Source: Coleofasciculus chthonoplastes F2-STO-03
GTDB lineage: Bacteria > Cyanobacteriota > Cyanobacteriia > Cyanobacteriales > Coleofasciculaceae
Reading direction: 5' to 3'
Assembly: GCA_040222015.1 (NCBI GenBank)
Contig: JAVJWO010000173.1
Location: forward strand, 1 to 59,306
Length of the DNA: 59,306 nt
Under the pieces are notes generated by a model, which saw only the letters and a program-made list of their open reading frames with translations, was not told where the DNA came from and made no database searches. The number at the start of each line of letters is the position of its first letter. Position 1 is the first letter of the stretch. Of the stretch, positions 31,139 to 41,155 are shown piece after piece. Position numbers and translations under genes: made by a program.

Positions 31139-33085
31139 ATGGCTGTTACTTATGTAGCTGAACCGATTTTAGAAATTGATGGTCAGTTAGCGTCCAAAGC
31201 GTTACTTAACGACATCCTTGAAATCGCTGTGGAAGAAAGCCTCCATCTTCCCGGAATGTTCACCTTAGTGATTAAAAATGATTACTTTCCGGGGCGTACT
31301 GAGGATACAACCTGGCGACATGCAGGCTTATTTGAAATTGGCAAAACGATTAAGATAGGTTTCGGTTCAAGTACCACCCAAGCCCAGGAGTTTGAAGAAG
31401 AAAAGAGAGATTACGTTCTAGAAGGGGAAATCACGGCGATGGAGTGTCACTTTACCCGCGACTCAGAAGCCCCGATGATGATTCGCGGCTATGATATCTC
31501 CCATCGACTGTGGCGGGGGCGGTATAATCGCTCATTTCAGAACATGACCGATACCGATATTGTGAACAAAATTGCTGGGGAAGTCGGGATACCCACAGGT
31601 ACGATTGATGAAACGGGTGGACCTTATGGATATGGGGATATCAATGGGTCAAATGGCTATATTTTTCAAGAAAATCAGACTAACCTAGAATTTTTACGCG
31701 AACGCGCCGCCCGTAACGGGTTTGAATTTTTTGTTCAAGATGGAACATTAAACTTCCGTAAACCCAAAGTAGATGAATCGCTAGAACTTAAATGGCTGAA
31801 AGATGTCCATAGTTTCCAGGTTAGAGTCAGTAGCGCCGAACAGGTGAGTGAAGTTGAGGTACGGGGTTGGGACTACAGTCAAAAACAAGCCATTGTCGAA
31901 ACAGCAAATCGAGGACAAGTCCATACCAAAAATGATTATGGGAACGGCGCTATCACCAGTACCAGCTTTAAAGGGAAGCCACCTACACCCAAAATGGTTT
32001 TAGTGGATCAGCCTGTCTTCAATTCTCCCGAAGCTAGAACCATCGCTCAAGCTATTTGTGATGAATTAGGCGGCGAATTTGTTCATGCGGATGCCAAAGC
32101 AGAAGGAAACCCCAAAATTAGACCGGGACGGGTGATCAAACTCAGCGATTTAGGCAAATACAGTGGAGAGTATTACGTAACTGAAACCCGTCACCTGTTC
32201 GACGAACGTATTTACACTACAGAGTTTACTATCCGAGGATTACGTGGCGATAATCTCCCACCCCTGTTATCCCATGAAGCCCCATTTCAACCCGGACAAA
32301 CACTCCTTGTAGGTATTGTAACTGATAACAATGATCCGAATAGTTGGGGAAGAGTCAGAGTCAAGTTTCCTACCTTAACCGAAGAACACGCCAGTTATTG
32401 GGCGCGAGTTGTCGCCCCAGGTGCGGGTTCCAGTCGCGGCTTAGACTGTTTGCCAGAAATTAATGATGAAGTGTTAGTCGCGTTTGAACATGGGGATATT
32501 CATCATCCTTATGTGATTGGCGGGGTGTGGAATGGTAAAGATAAACCACCAGAACCCGTAACGAATAGTGTCATGGATGGCAAAGTTAGACTCCGGACAT
32601 TGAAAACTCGCACGGGTCATACGTTACAGTTTGTTGAAGAGGATAAAGGAAGCAGCAAAAAAGGCGTTTATCTGGATACAGTGTATGGTCATCATTTATA
32701 TCTGAATGATACGGATAAATTTATCGAAGCGAAAACGAAAAATGGTCATCAAGTACGTCTAGATGATCAGAATAAGAAGATTATCATAAAAACTCAAGGA
32801 GGACATACTTGTGAAATGAAAGATCAGGGAGGGAATATTACGCTGGAATCAACGCGAACAATTAATATAGAAGCTCCCCAGAATATCACCTTAAAAGTAG
32901 GGGGCAGCACGATAGAAATTTCAACAACTAGCATTATCCTCAAGCAAGGTGTTAATAAGATAGAACTAGGTCTATCAGGGATTACTATTGATTCCCAAGC
33001 CATGACTACCCTGAGTGGACTGACCACATCAGTACGGGGCAAGGCAGCGATTACAGTTTCAGCTCCAACTGTTAGCTTAGGCTAA
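31139..33085 (+). CDS. VgrG-related spike (gp27/late control D + gp5 OB-fold + beta-helix), Afp8-like
   Basis: Q.NQTNLEFLRERA.R.G, VRGWD, GIVTDNNDP...GRVRVKFP, WARV, LPEINDEVLVAFEHGD..HPYVIGGVWNG and repeated KT..GH units. Confidence 0.92.
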   Translation: MAVTYVAEPILEIDGQLASKALLNDILEIAVEESLHLPGMFTLVIKNDYFPGRTEDTTWRHAGLFEIGKTIKIGFGSSTTQAQEFEEEKRDYVLEGEITAMECHFTRDSEAPMMIRGYDISHRLWRGRYNRSFQNMTDTDIVNKIAGEVGIPTGTIDETGGPYGYGDINGSNGYIFQENQTNLEFLRERAARNGFEFFVQDGTLNFRKPKVDESLELKWLKDVHSFQVRVSSAEQVSEVEVRGWDYSQKQAIVETANRGQVHTKNDYGNGAITSTSFKGKPPTPKMVLVDQPVFNSPEARTIAQAICDELGGEFVHADAKAEGNPKIRPGRVIKLSDLGKYSGEYYVTETRHLFDERIYTTEFTIRGLRGDNLPPLLSHEAPFQPGQTLLVGIVTDNNDPNSWGRVRVKFPTLTEEHASYWARVVAPGAGSSRGLDCLPEINDEVLVAFEHGDIHHPYVIGGVWNGKDKPPEPVTNSVMDGKVRLRTLKTRTGHTLQFVEEDKGSSKKGVYLDTVYGHHLYLNDTDKFIEAKTKNGHQVRLDDQNKKIIIKTQGGHTCEMKDQGGNITLESTRTINIEAPQNITLKVGGSTIEISTTSIILKQGVNKIELGLSGITIDSQAMTTLSGLTTSVRGKAAITVSAPTVSLG

Positions 33086-33148
33086 TACATCTGAAATCGA
33101 TACCTGATAGATAAAAGAAAGTAAAAAAGTAGTCAAAATAAATAACAA

Positions 33149-33544
33149 ATGCCGTTTCAAACTTGTATGGGAGCAACCCTTCAATGTATTCCGTTTGGTG
33201 TAGCACCCAGTTCGTTAATTGTGATTCCAAAAGGTCCACCTGTATCCGTAAAGGGAATGCTCGCTGCTACAATTATGGACTTTGTGCCAATTACCAATAT
33301 TCCGCCTTTTGGTCTGTGTACATCTATAGCTAATCCAGCCGTAGCCTCAGCCACAGCAGCCGCTTTAGGGGTATTAACTCCGATGCCCTGTCTCCCTGTT
33401 CCCGTCGGACCCTGGAAGCCTGGAGCAATTAAAACAAAGATTAATAAACTTCCGGCACTCCCCGATTTTGCTGTTTGTAACTGCATGTGGGGCGGTGTGA
33501 TCAAGATTATGAATCCGGGACAATTTCAAGTGAGTGTTCTCTAA
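33149..33544 (+). CDS. PAAR-like spike tip protein (DUF4280 type)
   Basis: GATLQC..G, NIPPFGLC, PC.P....PW.PG and C.C.WGG.I.I..PGQ motifs; follows vgrG. Confidence 0.88.
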   Translation: MPFQTCMGATLQCIPFGVAPSSLIVIPKGPPVSVKGMLAATIMDFVPITNIPPFGLCTSIANPAVASATAAALGVLTPMPCLPVPVGPWKPGAIKTKINKLPALPDFAVCNCMWGGVIKIMNPGQFQVSVL

Positions 33545-33549
33545 ATTAA

Positions 33550-34380
33550 TTATTCTTTTAAAGGGATAAATACATTCCGGTTCATCCATTGGGGAGTCTT
33601 GTTAGCACTCATCACCCGCAATTCAACACTCATTCGATCCTGAGTCATGGTTTCAGTAACATAAGTTTTGTGAAGCGTGCCATTCAGAAAAATAAGAACA
33701 TCTCCCAGAGTCATTTCTGGAGACCAAAACTCATCGGGTGCAAAACGTTGTCTGAGTTTCACCTCGTTTAGACAGTCATAATGGAGAAGCTGATCGAGAT
33801 TTCGTCGGATAAACTGAAGCCCCGGTCGATCTCGCCCACAATCCGTGAGCGGTATCCAGCAGGTAATCAGAGGTGTTAACGGCTCAATGGTATAGTAATT
33901 ATTGCTATCTGATAAGGGATTAAACCTAACTCCTAACGCCCCATCTTGGTGCCAGCTATGGGGGGTATGCAAGGGATGATAGTGTGAGAGAGCATACTGT
34001 TTCCTAACCCACGATTGAGAAAGGTTAAACAAAAGGGAGCTATCCATAATCTTGGCTAAAACCTGATAAGCTAAAGAATTAACTACAATAGATAGCATTT
34101 GGTGCGAAATTTTCTCGAAAGCATGGGTGACTTGATCATCATCAAGAGCAAAAAGACTAACGGAGGTGACTCTAATATTAAAAAAATAGTAGAAAGGGAG
34201 ATAATCACTGACCTGTTCGATTCCCTGTTCATGAATAATCTGTTCTATGTAAGAAAAACATTGAGTAGCGGATCGAGTAACAAGGGAAAGTTGAGCAGTA
34301 TCGAGGATTCCTTTGAGCAGAACAACTCCATAATTTTTGAGTAAAACTTCTGCCTCTATGACTGAATTATGAACTTCCAT
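33550..34380 (-). CDS. PhyH-like Fe(II)/2-oxoglutarate dioxygenase
   Basis: WHQD (HxD), TCWIPL.DCG, GDVLIF...TLH.T and R.SVELR motifs; oriented opposite to the CIS genes. Confidence 0.82.
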   Translation of the reverse strand: MEVHNSVIEAEVLLKNYGVVLLKGILDTAQLSLVTRSATQCFSYIEQIIHEQGIEQVSDYLPFYYFFNIRVTSVSLFALDDDQVTHAFEKISHQMLSIVVNSLAYQVLAKIMDSSLLFNLSQSWVRKQYALSHYHPLHTPHSWHQDGALGVRFNPLSDSNNYYTIEPLTPLITCWIPLTDCGRDRPGLQFIRRNLDQLLHYDCLNEVKLRQRFAPDEFWSPEMTLGDVLIFLNGTLHKTYVTETMTQDRMSVELRVMSANKTPQWMNRNVFIPLKE

Positions 34381-34477
34381 ATCTTTAACGAGACTCAGGT
34401 TTTGGCAAATCGGCTAAAATTTTGAGACACGGGTAAGAACGTACTGATTCTAACTCACTAAATTTCTAGAACTAGAA

Positions 34478-34894
34478 ATGGCAGACATTACCAATAATCA
34501 ACCCCGATCTTATTTGGGTAGGGGACTATCTTTTCCATTACGGGGAAACTTACAAGGAAGCCTGCAACTCAGCGCCGACATCCGGAACATCGAAGAATCG
34601 ATCGCACTGATTCTGGGAACTAAGGTAGGTGAACGGGTTTACCGCCAAAATTTTGGGTCACGCCTGTCTGAAATCGCCTTTGCGCCAATGAATACCCAAA
34701 CGCTTTTGCTGATCCGAATATATGTTGAGGAAGCCCTCAAAATGTGGGAACCTCGGATTGTACTGGATGGCGTTTATACAGAACCTGATCCGATTCTCGG
34801 TCGTGTCAATATTATTATTGAATATCATCCGAAAGACTCCCATGATACTCGGAGTCTGGTTTATCCATTCTATCTCCAGCCATCTGGGGAGTAG
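34478..34894 (+). CDS. GPW/gp25 baseplate protein (Afp9-like)
   Basis: LG.G.SFP, IEESI..IL.T..GERV.R..FGS.L, WEPRI and LVYPFYL motifs. Confidence 0.92.
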   Translation: MADITNNQPRSYLGRGLSFPLRGNLQGSLQLSADIRNIEESIALILGTKVGERVYRQNFGSRLSEIAFAPMNTQTLLLIRIYVEEALKMWEPRIVLDGVYTEPDPILGRVNIIIEYHPKDSHDTRSLVYPFYLQPSGE

Positions 34895-34968
34895 TTGGTC
34901 ATTGTTGATGGTTCATGGTTCATGGGGACATAAGACAAATGACGAATGACAAATGACAAATGACAAAT

Positions 34969-37194
34969 ATGGAATTTGATTTTTTACCGAATTTACCAAA
35001 ATCAGATCTAGACGATCGCGCGTTTCAGGATTTGGTGGAAGAGTGTATCCTCCGCATTCCCCGCTACTGTCCAGAATGGACAAATTACAACCCCAGTGAT
35101 CCAGGAATCACGCTGATTGAACTGTTCGCCTGGTTAACTGACCAAATGTTGCTGCGGTTCAATCAAGTCCCCCGGCGTAACTATGTTACCTTTCTGGAAT
35201 TACTGGGGATTCGCCTGCAAGCACCAACGCCGGCGCAAACCCAACAAACGTTTTATCTGAGTTCGTCTCTCCCCGAAGCCTACACAATTCCCACGGGAAC
35301 CGAAGTGGCGACGGTACGCACCCAAGCCGACGATGCGATTATTTTTAGCACCGATCGCTCCCTAGTGATTGCTAAACCCAGCATCCGCCATTTTCTCACA
35401 TCCGACACCGCTGACGACCAACCCCAAGTCCTGCGCGATCGCTTTGTGGGAACTTGGAATCAGCGACCCAGTGGCGAATGGGAGGGCTTGGAATTATCTA
35501 TTTTTAATGAACAACCCCAAACGGGAAATTGCTTTTATCTTGTCTTTGAGGGGGATCAACCCATCGAAGGCAATGTTATCGCCCTCCGGATTAGGGGTGA
35601 AGCCGCTACCTCCACCGGGATTAATCCCGAAGATCCCCCCCGCCTTTGGCAAGCCTGGAATGGTATGTTTTGGCAACCCATCCTGCTCCAAGAAGCAGAT
35701 GATAGTACCAAAGGATTTAGTTTCAGCGAACTGATCCGTCAAGGGGGTGATCCGTTACAAGGGGCGGATGTTGTCCTGCATTTGCCCCTACGTTTACCCG
35801 TTACCCAATTTGTTACCTATCAGGGACGTTGGCTACGCTGTATTTACAGCGAACCCCACTTCAATCAACCCGGTTATATTCGTTCCCCGCGCATCGTTGG
35901 TTTAGATGTCCGGTCGATTGGCGGTACCGTTGAAGTCACCCAATGTACGACGATTCGTAATGAAATTCTCGGCGAAAGTGATGGAAATCCCGGTCAAACC
36001 TTTCAACTCCAAGGACGGGGAATTTTACCGCGCCGGGATGAGGAACATATTCTGGTGATTCCACCTGGAGGTTTACCACAAATTTGGCAAGAAGTCAATG
36101 ACTTTGCCGACTCTGGTCCAGAAGACCTGCATTATACCATTGATGCGATTACTGGCATGATTCAATTTGGTCCCCTATTACGAGAACCCTCTCAACTGCA
36201 AGAACAAACGCGGTGGCGTTCCCGTTCCCAGAGAGTCCCGTCGCAAATGCTCAGTTTAGTCAGTGGTAGAAATAGCGGGGTAGAACGACGGGAGGGCGCG
36301 GCGATGCAGTCGATGGAACGTCAATATGGCGCGGTTCCCCCTAGAGGTGCTGTGATCCAAATGGTTGCCTATCGCATTGGGGGCGGTCAACAGGGTAACG
36401 TGCAACGGGGCGCGATTCAAGTCCTCAAATCCGCCGTTCCTTATGTGGCGAACGTGATTAACTATTCTCCCGCCCGGAATGGCGCTGATGCGGAATCTTT
36501 AGAACAAGCTGTGATCCGAGTACCGCGACTCCTGAGAACCCGCGATCGCGCCGTCACTCGCGAAGATTTTGAATACCTAGCCATGGAAGCCGGAGGCGGT
36601 TCTATTGCTCGCGTGTTATGCTTATCGCCAATTCTCAAAGAAGACGCCGGACGAGTACGTCTGCTGCTTGTACCCAACGCCAATACCGATGGGATTGAGC
36701 GCGGTGAAGGAATTGACCCAGACTTCTTAACCCTGACCCCACAACTCACCGAGCGAGTGTTGAGTTATCTCAATGAACGACGGTTACTCGGTGTGGAAAT
36801 CCTCTGTAGCCAACCCAATTACGTTGGGGTTGCGGTACAAACAGAAGTGGCTCTCGATACAGCTTATAATAATCCCCGTGCCCAACAAGAAATACTATTG
36901 AAACTACAAACCGCACTCTATCGCTTTCTCAATCCCCTGACTGGGGGTTCAGAGGGTAAAGGGTGGTCTTTTGGTCGCCCAGTTTACTCATCTGATATTG
37001 TCACCTTATTGCAAAGCGTTCCTGGGGTACAGTATTTAGGGGCAGTCCAGCTATTTGAATTACGGCGTCAGGGACAAAATTGGATGCGAACCTTGCCGCG
37101 AACCCCTGTTATTGATCCTGGTCCGTTGGGTCTAATTTGTTCCTGGCATAATAATCGATTACGCTCTGGTCATGTGATTAATTTGATTACATAA
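34969..37194 (+). CDS. Baseplate J-like assembly protein (Afp11-like)
   Basis: LDDR.FQDLV.E...RIP.YCPEWT.YNPSDPGITL.ELFAW, G.SDG.PGQ.F, Y..GGG..GNV, RAVT.EDFE.LA and G.GW.FGR motifs. Start is 34969 or 34960 (the latter lies within a heptamer repeat). Confidence 0.92.
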   Translation: MEFDFLPNLPKSDLDDRAFQDLVEECILRIPRYCPEWTNYNPSDPGITLIELFAWLTDQMLLRFNQVPRRNYVTFLELLGIRLQAPTPAQTQQTFYLSSSLPEAYTIPTGTEVATVRTQADDAIIFSTDRSLVIAKPSIRHFLTSDTADDQPQVLRDRFVGTWNQRPSGEWEGLELSIFNEQPQTGNCFYLVFEGDQPIEGNVIALRIRGEAATSTGINPEDPPRLWQAWNGMFWQPILLQEADDSTKGFSFSELIRQGGDPLQGADVVLHLPLRLPVTQFVTYQGRWLRCIYSEPHFNQPGYIRSPRIVGLDVRSIGGTVEVTQCTTIRNEILGESDGNPGQTFQLQGRGILPRRDEEHILVIPPGGLPQIWQEVNDFADSGPEDLHYTIDAITGMIQFGPLLREPSQLQEQTRWRSRSQRVPSQMLSLVSGRNSGVERREGAAMQSMERQYGAVPPRGAVIQMVAYRIGGGQQGNVQRGAIQVLKSAVPYVANVINYSPARNGADAESLEQAVIRVPRLLRTRDRAVTREDFEYLAMEAGGGSIARVLCLSPILKEDAGRVRLLLVPNANTDGIERGEGIDPDFLTLTPQLTERVLSYLNERRLLGVEILCSQPNYVGVAVQTEVALDTAYNNPRAQQEILLKLQTALYRFLNPLTGGSEGKGWSFGRPVYSSDIVTLLQSVPGVQYLGAVQLFELRRQGQNWMRTLPRTPVIDPGPLGLICSWHNNRLRSGHVINLIT

Positions 37195-38450
37195 GTGTGA
37201 ATTGAGAAGGGCGATCGCACTTCATTCTAACCCATACGCGATCGGTTCCGTCTCCTTTCCCTGACGCTGCTCTACCCGACAAATCAGCGCCTGTCGTACC
37301 TGGGCGATCGCACTCATCAGATAACGACGACTATTCACGACATACCACTTTACCCTTTCCGTATCCTTCGCTACTGACATAGTTTTGACTTTCCTTAAGG
37401 TTGTTTCGGCGAAACCTGTCAAGTTCTGATAATTCAAACTATTCTTTCCCAAAAAAAGGTTTGAATATTTAAATCCGTTTGATGTCTTAACAAAACATCA
37501 TAATTTCTCGTTTTTGACGCATTTTCCGGAATAATCTACGAATTCACAGGAAATTCAGCCCTTGTGAGCCGGATGTGCGGTTTTCAGGTATATTATCTAT
37601 GGTGGGTTTTTTGTAGGCAAAAATAATTCTGAGCTAGCTAAACCCCTTGAATATTGGTAAAACAATGTATAATTTCTGGTTTTCCTCTCCCGCCCAATAT
37701 TCCCTTGGACGCATATATTTTGTTCAACTTACGATAAAAATCATTACAAGGTCTTGACAGTAACACAGATTACACAGAAAAGGAAATGGTACAGACATAT
37801 ACTAAATCGTGAGGGACACAGATTCACACAGACAACTCAATCGGACTTGTTGAATCCGTGTTGGAGTGAGCAAAATTGGAGTCGCCCATTCTCCACTTAC
37901 TATCCGCTTGGGTAAAGCTATAGTTAGCGGCGGTCAGGTTTTATCAGCTTTATCCTGATTTTTAATGAAGTTGATCAACAGATTAATACTGGCACTTGCA
38001 AAGGACAGAAATGATAAGTCGGTAGACACAATAAAAGTGAACAGTAGAGGGCGTCATACTTACTTCCTCTGAGGAGCAAGCTACGTCTTATGTAAGGGTT
38101 TGAGAGGTATTTACATAACTTAATAGGGTTGAGTTTATTTCCACTAACCTACTGAGTTGAACCGTCGTTATTCACTGCTATAATCACTCCATGGTTGATG
38201 CAATTAGATACACTGACCGAACCATGTCAAGTGGATCGGATTAAGTAGGGTAGACTACCCAATTTGAATGTGTAGGGGCGGGTTTAGGGAATCCAGTTTC
38301 CCTATTGATGACAACGTTTGTACAAAACCCGCCCTGACCAAATGACAAATGACAAATGACAAATGACAAATGACGAATGACGATCCCCACCGTTAACATT
38401 AAATTTCCCCACCGACTTACAAAAACGGGGGGAGTTAACTTGGATTTAGT

Positions 38451-39488
38451 ATGACACAAGCTCGCGATATATTACCCTTACGTCTACAACTAACCCCCAT
38501 GCAGTTGCCAGAGGTCACCCCTCAGCCGATTGCCGGGTCAAGCGAGTCTGCCGCACCTTTACTCAGCCAAGCCAAACGGGAAACAGAACGTCGCGGGTGC
38601 TACCTTACCCTCTATCCGGGAGAACCGAGTGAACTGCTGCTGGAACTGGAAAACCTCAGCAACCAAACCTTAGACTTAGATATTAATATCCAGGGAGATT
38701 TTCCCTCCCAATGGTATCGTTTGGGTATGGAAGGGCGGGAACTTCTGGCTGGTGGGCGCATGGAAGCGGTGATTCGCTTTTATATGCCAGCCGATTTCTT
38801 TGAGTCTAATCAGGATTGGGACACTAAACCCTCTCACCGCCTCGATTATCGCGGTCAGATTTATGTCTATTCCAGCCAATCGGGAACGGGGAGCAAACAT
38901 ATTGAATCAGCAAGCTTTAATCTCTATGTTCGCCCTCGTAGCTTATATCTAAACTTTGTACCCGAAATTTATCAAGAAGTCGATTTTATCGGTCGCTTTC
39001 TGAAAATTTTCGAGCAAGCCTTTGAACCCACCTTACAATCCCTGGAGGCTTTATGGGCGTATCTCGACCCCTTAATGACACCAGAAACCCTTCTACCCTT
39101 TCTGGCACATTGGGTAGGTTGGCAACTCAACCCCGCCTTAAGCCTACAGCGACAGCGCTATCTGATTCGTCAGGCGATGGAGATTTATCGCTGGCGAGGG
39201 ACGCGCCGGGGATTACGATTTTACCTGCATCTATTTACGGATTTACCCTTGGATGACCATCTTCCCGAACATCAAAAGCATATTTGTATTCAAGAAGTGT
39301 TTGGTCAGGGATTTATGATGGGGAACACCCACCTAAATGAAGACTCCCTGATTGGTGGCGGACAACCGTATCATTTCATTGTCCGACTGCGCCCTGAACC
39401 CCCGACTAAAATTGACGAATTATTAGTGCATCAAATTATTCAACAAGAAAAACCTGCCTTTTGTACTTATGAACTCTATATTGAATGA
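38451..39488 (+). CDS. Phage tail protein (P2 gpI-like baseplate wedge) with N-terminal Ig-like extension
   Basis: YL..VP.IY.E.DF..RFL.IFE, YLDP..TP...LPFLA.WVG, YRWRGTRRGL and I..EKPAF motifs. Confidence 0.87.
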   Translation: MTQARDILPLRLQLTPMQLPEVTPQPIAGSSESAAPLLSQAKRETERRGCYLTLYPGEPSELLLELENLSNQTLDLDINIQGDFPSQWYRLGMEGRELLAGGRMEAVIRFYMPADFFESNQDWDTKPSHRLDYRGQIYVYSSQSGTGSKHIESASFNLYVRPRSLYLNFVPEIYQEVDFIGRFLKIFEQAFEPTLQSLEALWAYLDPLMTPETLLPFLAHWVGWQLNPALSLQRQRYLIRQAMEIYRWRGTRRGLRFYLHLFTDLPLDDHLPEHQKHICIQEVFGQGFMMGNTHLNEDSLIGGGQPYHFIVRLRPEPPTKIDELLVHQIIQQEKPAFCTYELYIE

Positions 39489-39577
39489 CGAATGACGTAG
39501 CCTGCTTCTCAAGGGAAGCGAGTATGACGAATGACGAATAACGAATGACGAATAACGAATGACAAATGACAAATGAC
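39485..39577. repeat. Heptamer STRR arrays (TGAC(G/A)AA); also at ~14903-14950, 24303-24335, 34933-34966, 38335-38382 and 53757-53830
   Basis: Directly visible tandem 7-mers in intergenic gaps. Confidence 0.9.
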
Positions 39578-41051
39578 TAACCACTTCCCTCCCCCATCTC
39601 TCCAACAATTTGAACGTCTTCATGTCACAGACGGCTTACTGATTGATGCCCAACGTTGGCAGTTAGCTCACTACTATCATCGCCAGTATCATAGTACCTT
39701 TTACCAATCTCTACATCAGCCCGGAATTGTCTTCGGGTTGGGGGTACATATCATTCCCGCCCCCGCTGAGGTTGTGGCGAAATACCGAGATGAACGTTGG
39801 GTGGAAATTCAACCGGGACTTGCGATTGATTTATTTGGCAATTTTATCGTAGTGCCAGAACCCATGTCCTATCGGATTTCTTCAGAAGCGACTTCAGGAG
39901 AACCCTTGATAGTGTATTTGGTGGTTAAATTTAGAGATCCCGCAGAATTACGCACCCGTAGAGTTATCGATAGAATCGTCGAAACATTTCGGATTAATGA
40001 AAAGGCAAATCCACCCACGGAGGGGGATGTTGAACTCTGTCGAATTCTTCTGAAAGCAGGACCCGTTAAACTGGAAGCGCCCGTCAATATTTTCTCCCCT
40101 AGCTATAACCAGTTGGACTTGCGCTACCGTCTTCAGCCCCAAGCTCGACCTCTGGCGAGCGTTCACGTTGCCATGTACAAAGGGCTAGCTGTGGATAACT
40201 ATGAACATGAGCGTATTTTATCGAATCTTTCCTATCTTCTACAATCAACCACTGGACTTTACCCTGCTCTCCAGGGGAGGGATGAAATTGGACAATTTAG
40301 TTTACACTCGGCAGAGTTACAAGCTATTTTAGAGTATGATTTATTTTTCATGATCGATCGCCAAGTTCAGGTGTTAGGGGAATCGGAATTTGAGGTGCTG
40401 CGAAAGTATTTAAAGGCAGGAGGTACACTTTTAGTCGAAGCCTCGGCAGGATTAAAGCATTGGATTCAAGGCAATGCGATTAAAGACCTGAGCAACATTT
40501 ACCAAGAACTCGAACAGGCGCTAACCCAAATCGATGATAACCCCAATATTGATACGGATACAAGATTAAAGCAATGCCGACAAGATATTGTTAGTGAACG
40601 AGAGATGATTGCTACAGAGTTAGCCAGACGCAAGAATTCGATCGCGGGTCGATTCCAAGAGTTTGCCCAAAGTATAGGAACCCAGTTAACGCCACTGGAA
40701 AAATTAGACCGTCACGACTTACTGCGGACTAAACCCTTTCTCTTTGCCACGACACCTCGTATCAATAGAAAGCCGATTCAAATTTTAAGGGGTGGCGGAA
40801 TTATTGTCGCGATCGGTAACTTATCGGAGGCTTGGGGAATCAATGAAAAGCAAGTTCTTTCCCGTGAAGCGATCCGTACAGCTCAGGAAATAGGGATTAA
40901 TATTTTGCATTTAGCTTGGCGTCGCCGACAACTAACCCGTGGACAGCAGCCACCACCAACAGTTACGACATCAAGCCCTTCCCACCCTTCCAATCCATCA
41001 CAACCGTCAGATAGATCGCGTCGAGATGAGCTGTTTGATAAGTTAATGTAG
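39573..41051 (+). CDS. CIS-associated protein: N-terminal baseplate-anchor-like domain plus C-terminal DUF4159-like domain
   Basis: RL...DGLLI....W..AH.YHR...Q..HQPGIV.GLGV and PG.AID..G..IVV N-terminus; L..YL..GG.LLVE, PF.F and W.......R..IR...E.GINI C-terminus. Confidence 0.7.
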   Translation: MTNHFPPPSLQQFERLHVTDGLLIDAQRWQLAHYYHRQYHSTFYQSLHQPGIVFGLGVHIIPAPAEVVAKYRDERWVEIQPGLAIDLFGNFIVVPEPMSYRISSEATSGEPLIVYLVVKFRDPAELRTRRVIDRIVETFRINEKANPPTEGDVELCRILLKAGPVKLEAPVNIFSPSYNQLDLRYRLQPQARPLASVHVAMYKGLAVDNYEHERILSNLSYLLQSTTGLYPALQGRDEIGQFSLHSAELQAILEYDLFFMIDRQVQVLGESEFEVLRKYLKAGGTLLVEASAGLKHWIQGNAIKDLSNIYQELEQALTQIDDNPNIDTDTRLKQCRQDIVSEREMIATELARRKNSIAGRFQEFAQSIGTQLTPLEKLDRHDLLRTKPFLFATTPRINRKPIQILRGGGIIVAIGNLSEAWGINEKQVLSREAIRTAQEIGINILHLAWRRRQLTRGQQPPPTVTTSSPSHPSNPSQPSDRSRRDELFDKLM

Positions 41052-41155
41052 GGTGTTGAACAGGGAACACCTCGACTTACCTCGGCTTCGCTCGGTAACA
41101 CGCTCGGTGTGTCACAGGGAAACTGGGGGAGTTTCAGGAGTAAGGAAGGACAATA

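Noticed and set aside
34395..34440. c-di-GMP-I riboswitch upstream of gp25
   Set aside because: Only GGCAAA matches; the GNRA-capped P2 stem and GACGCAAAG element are missing.
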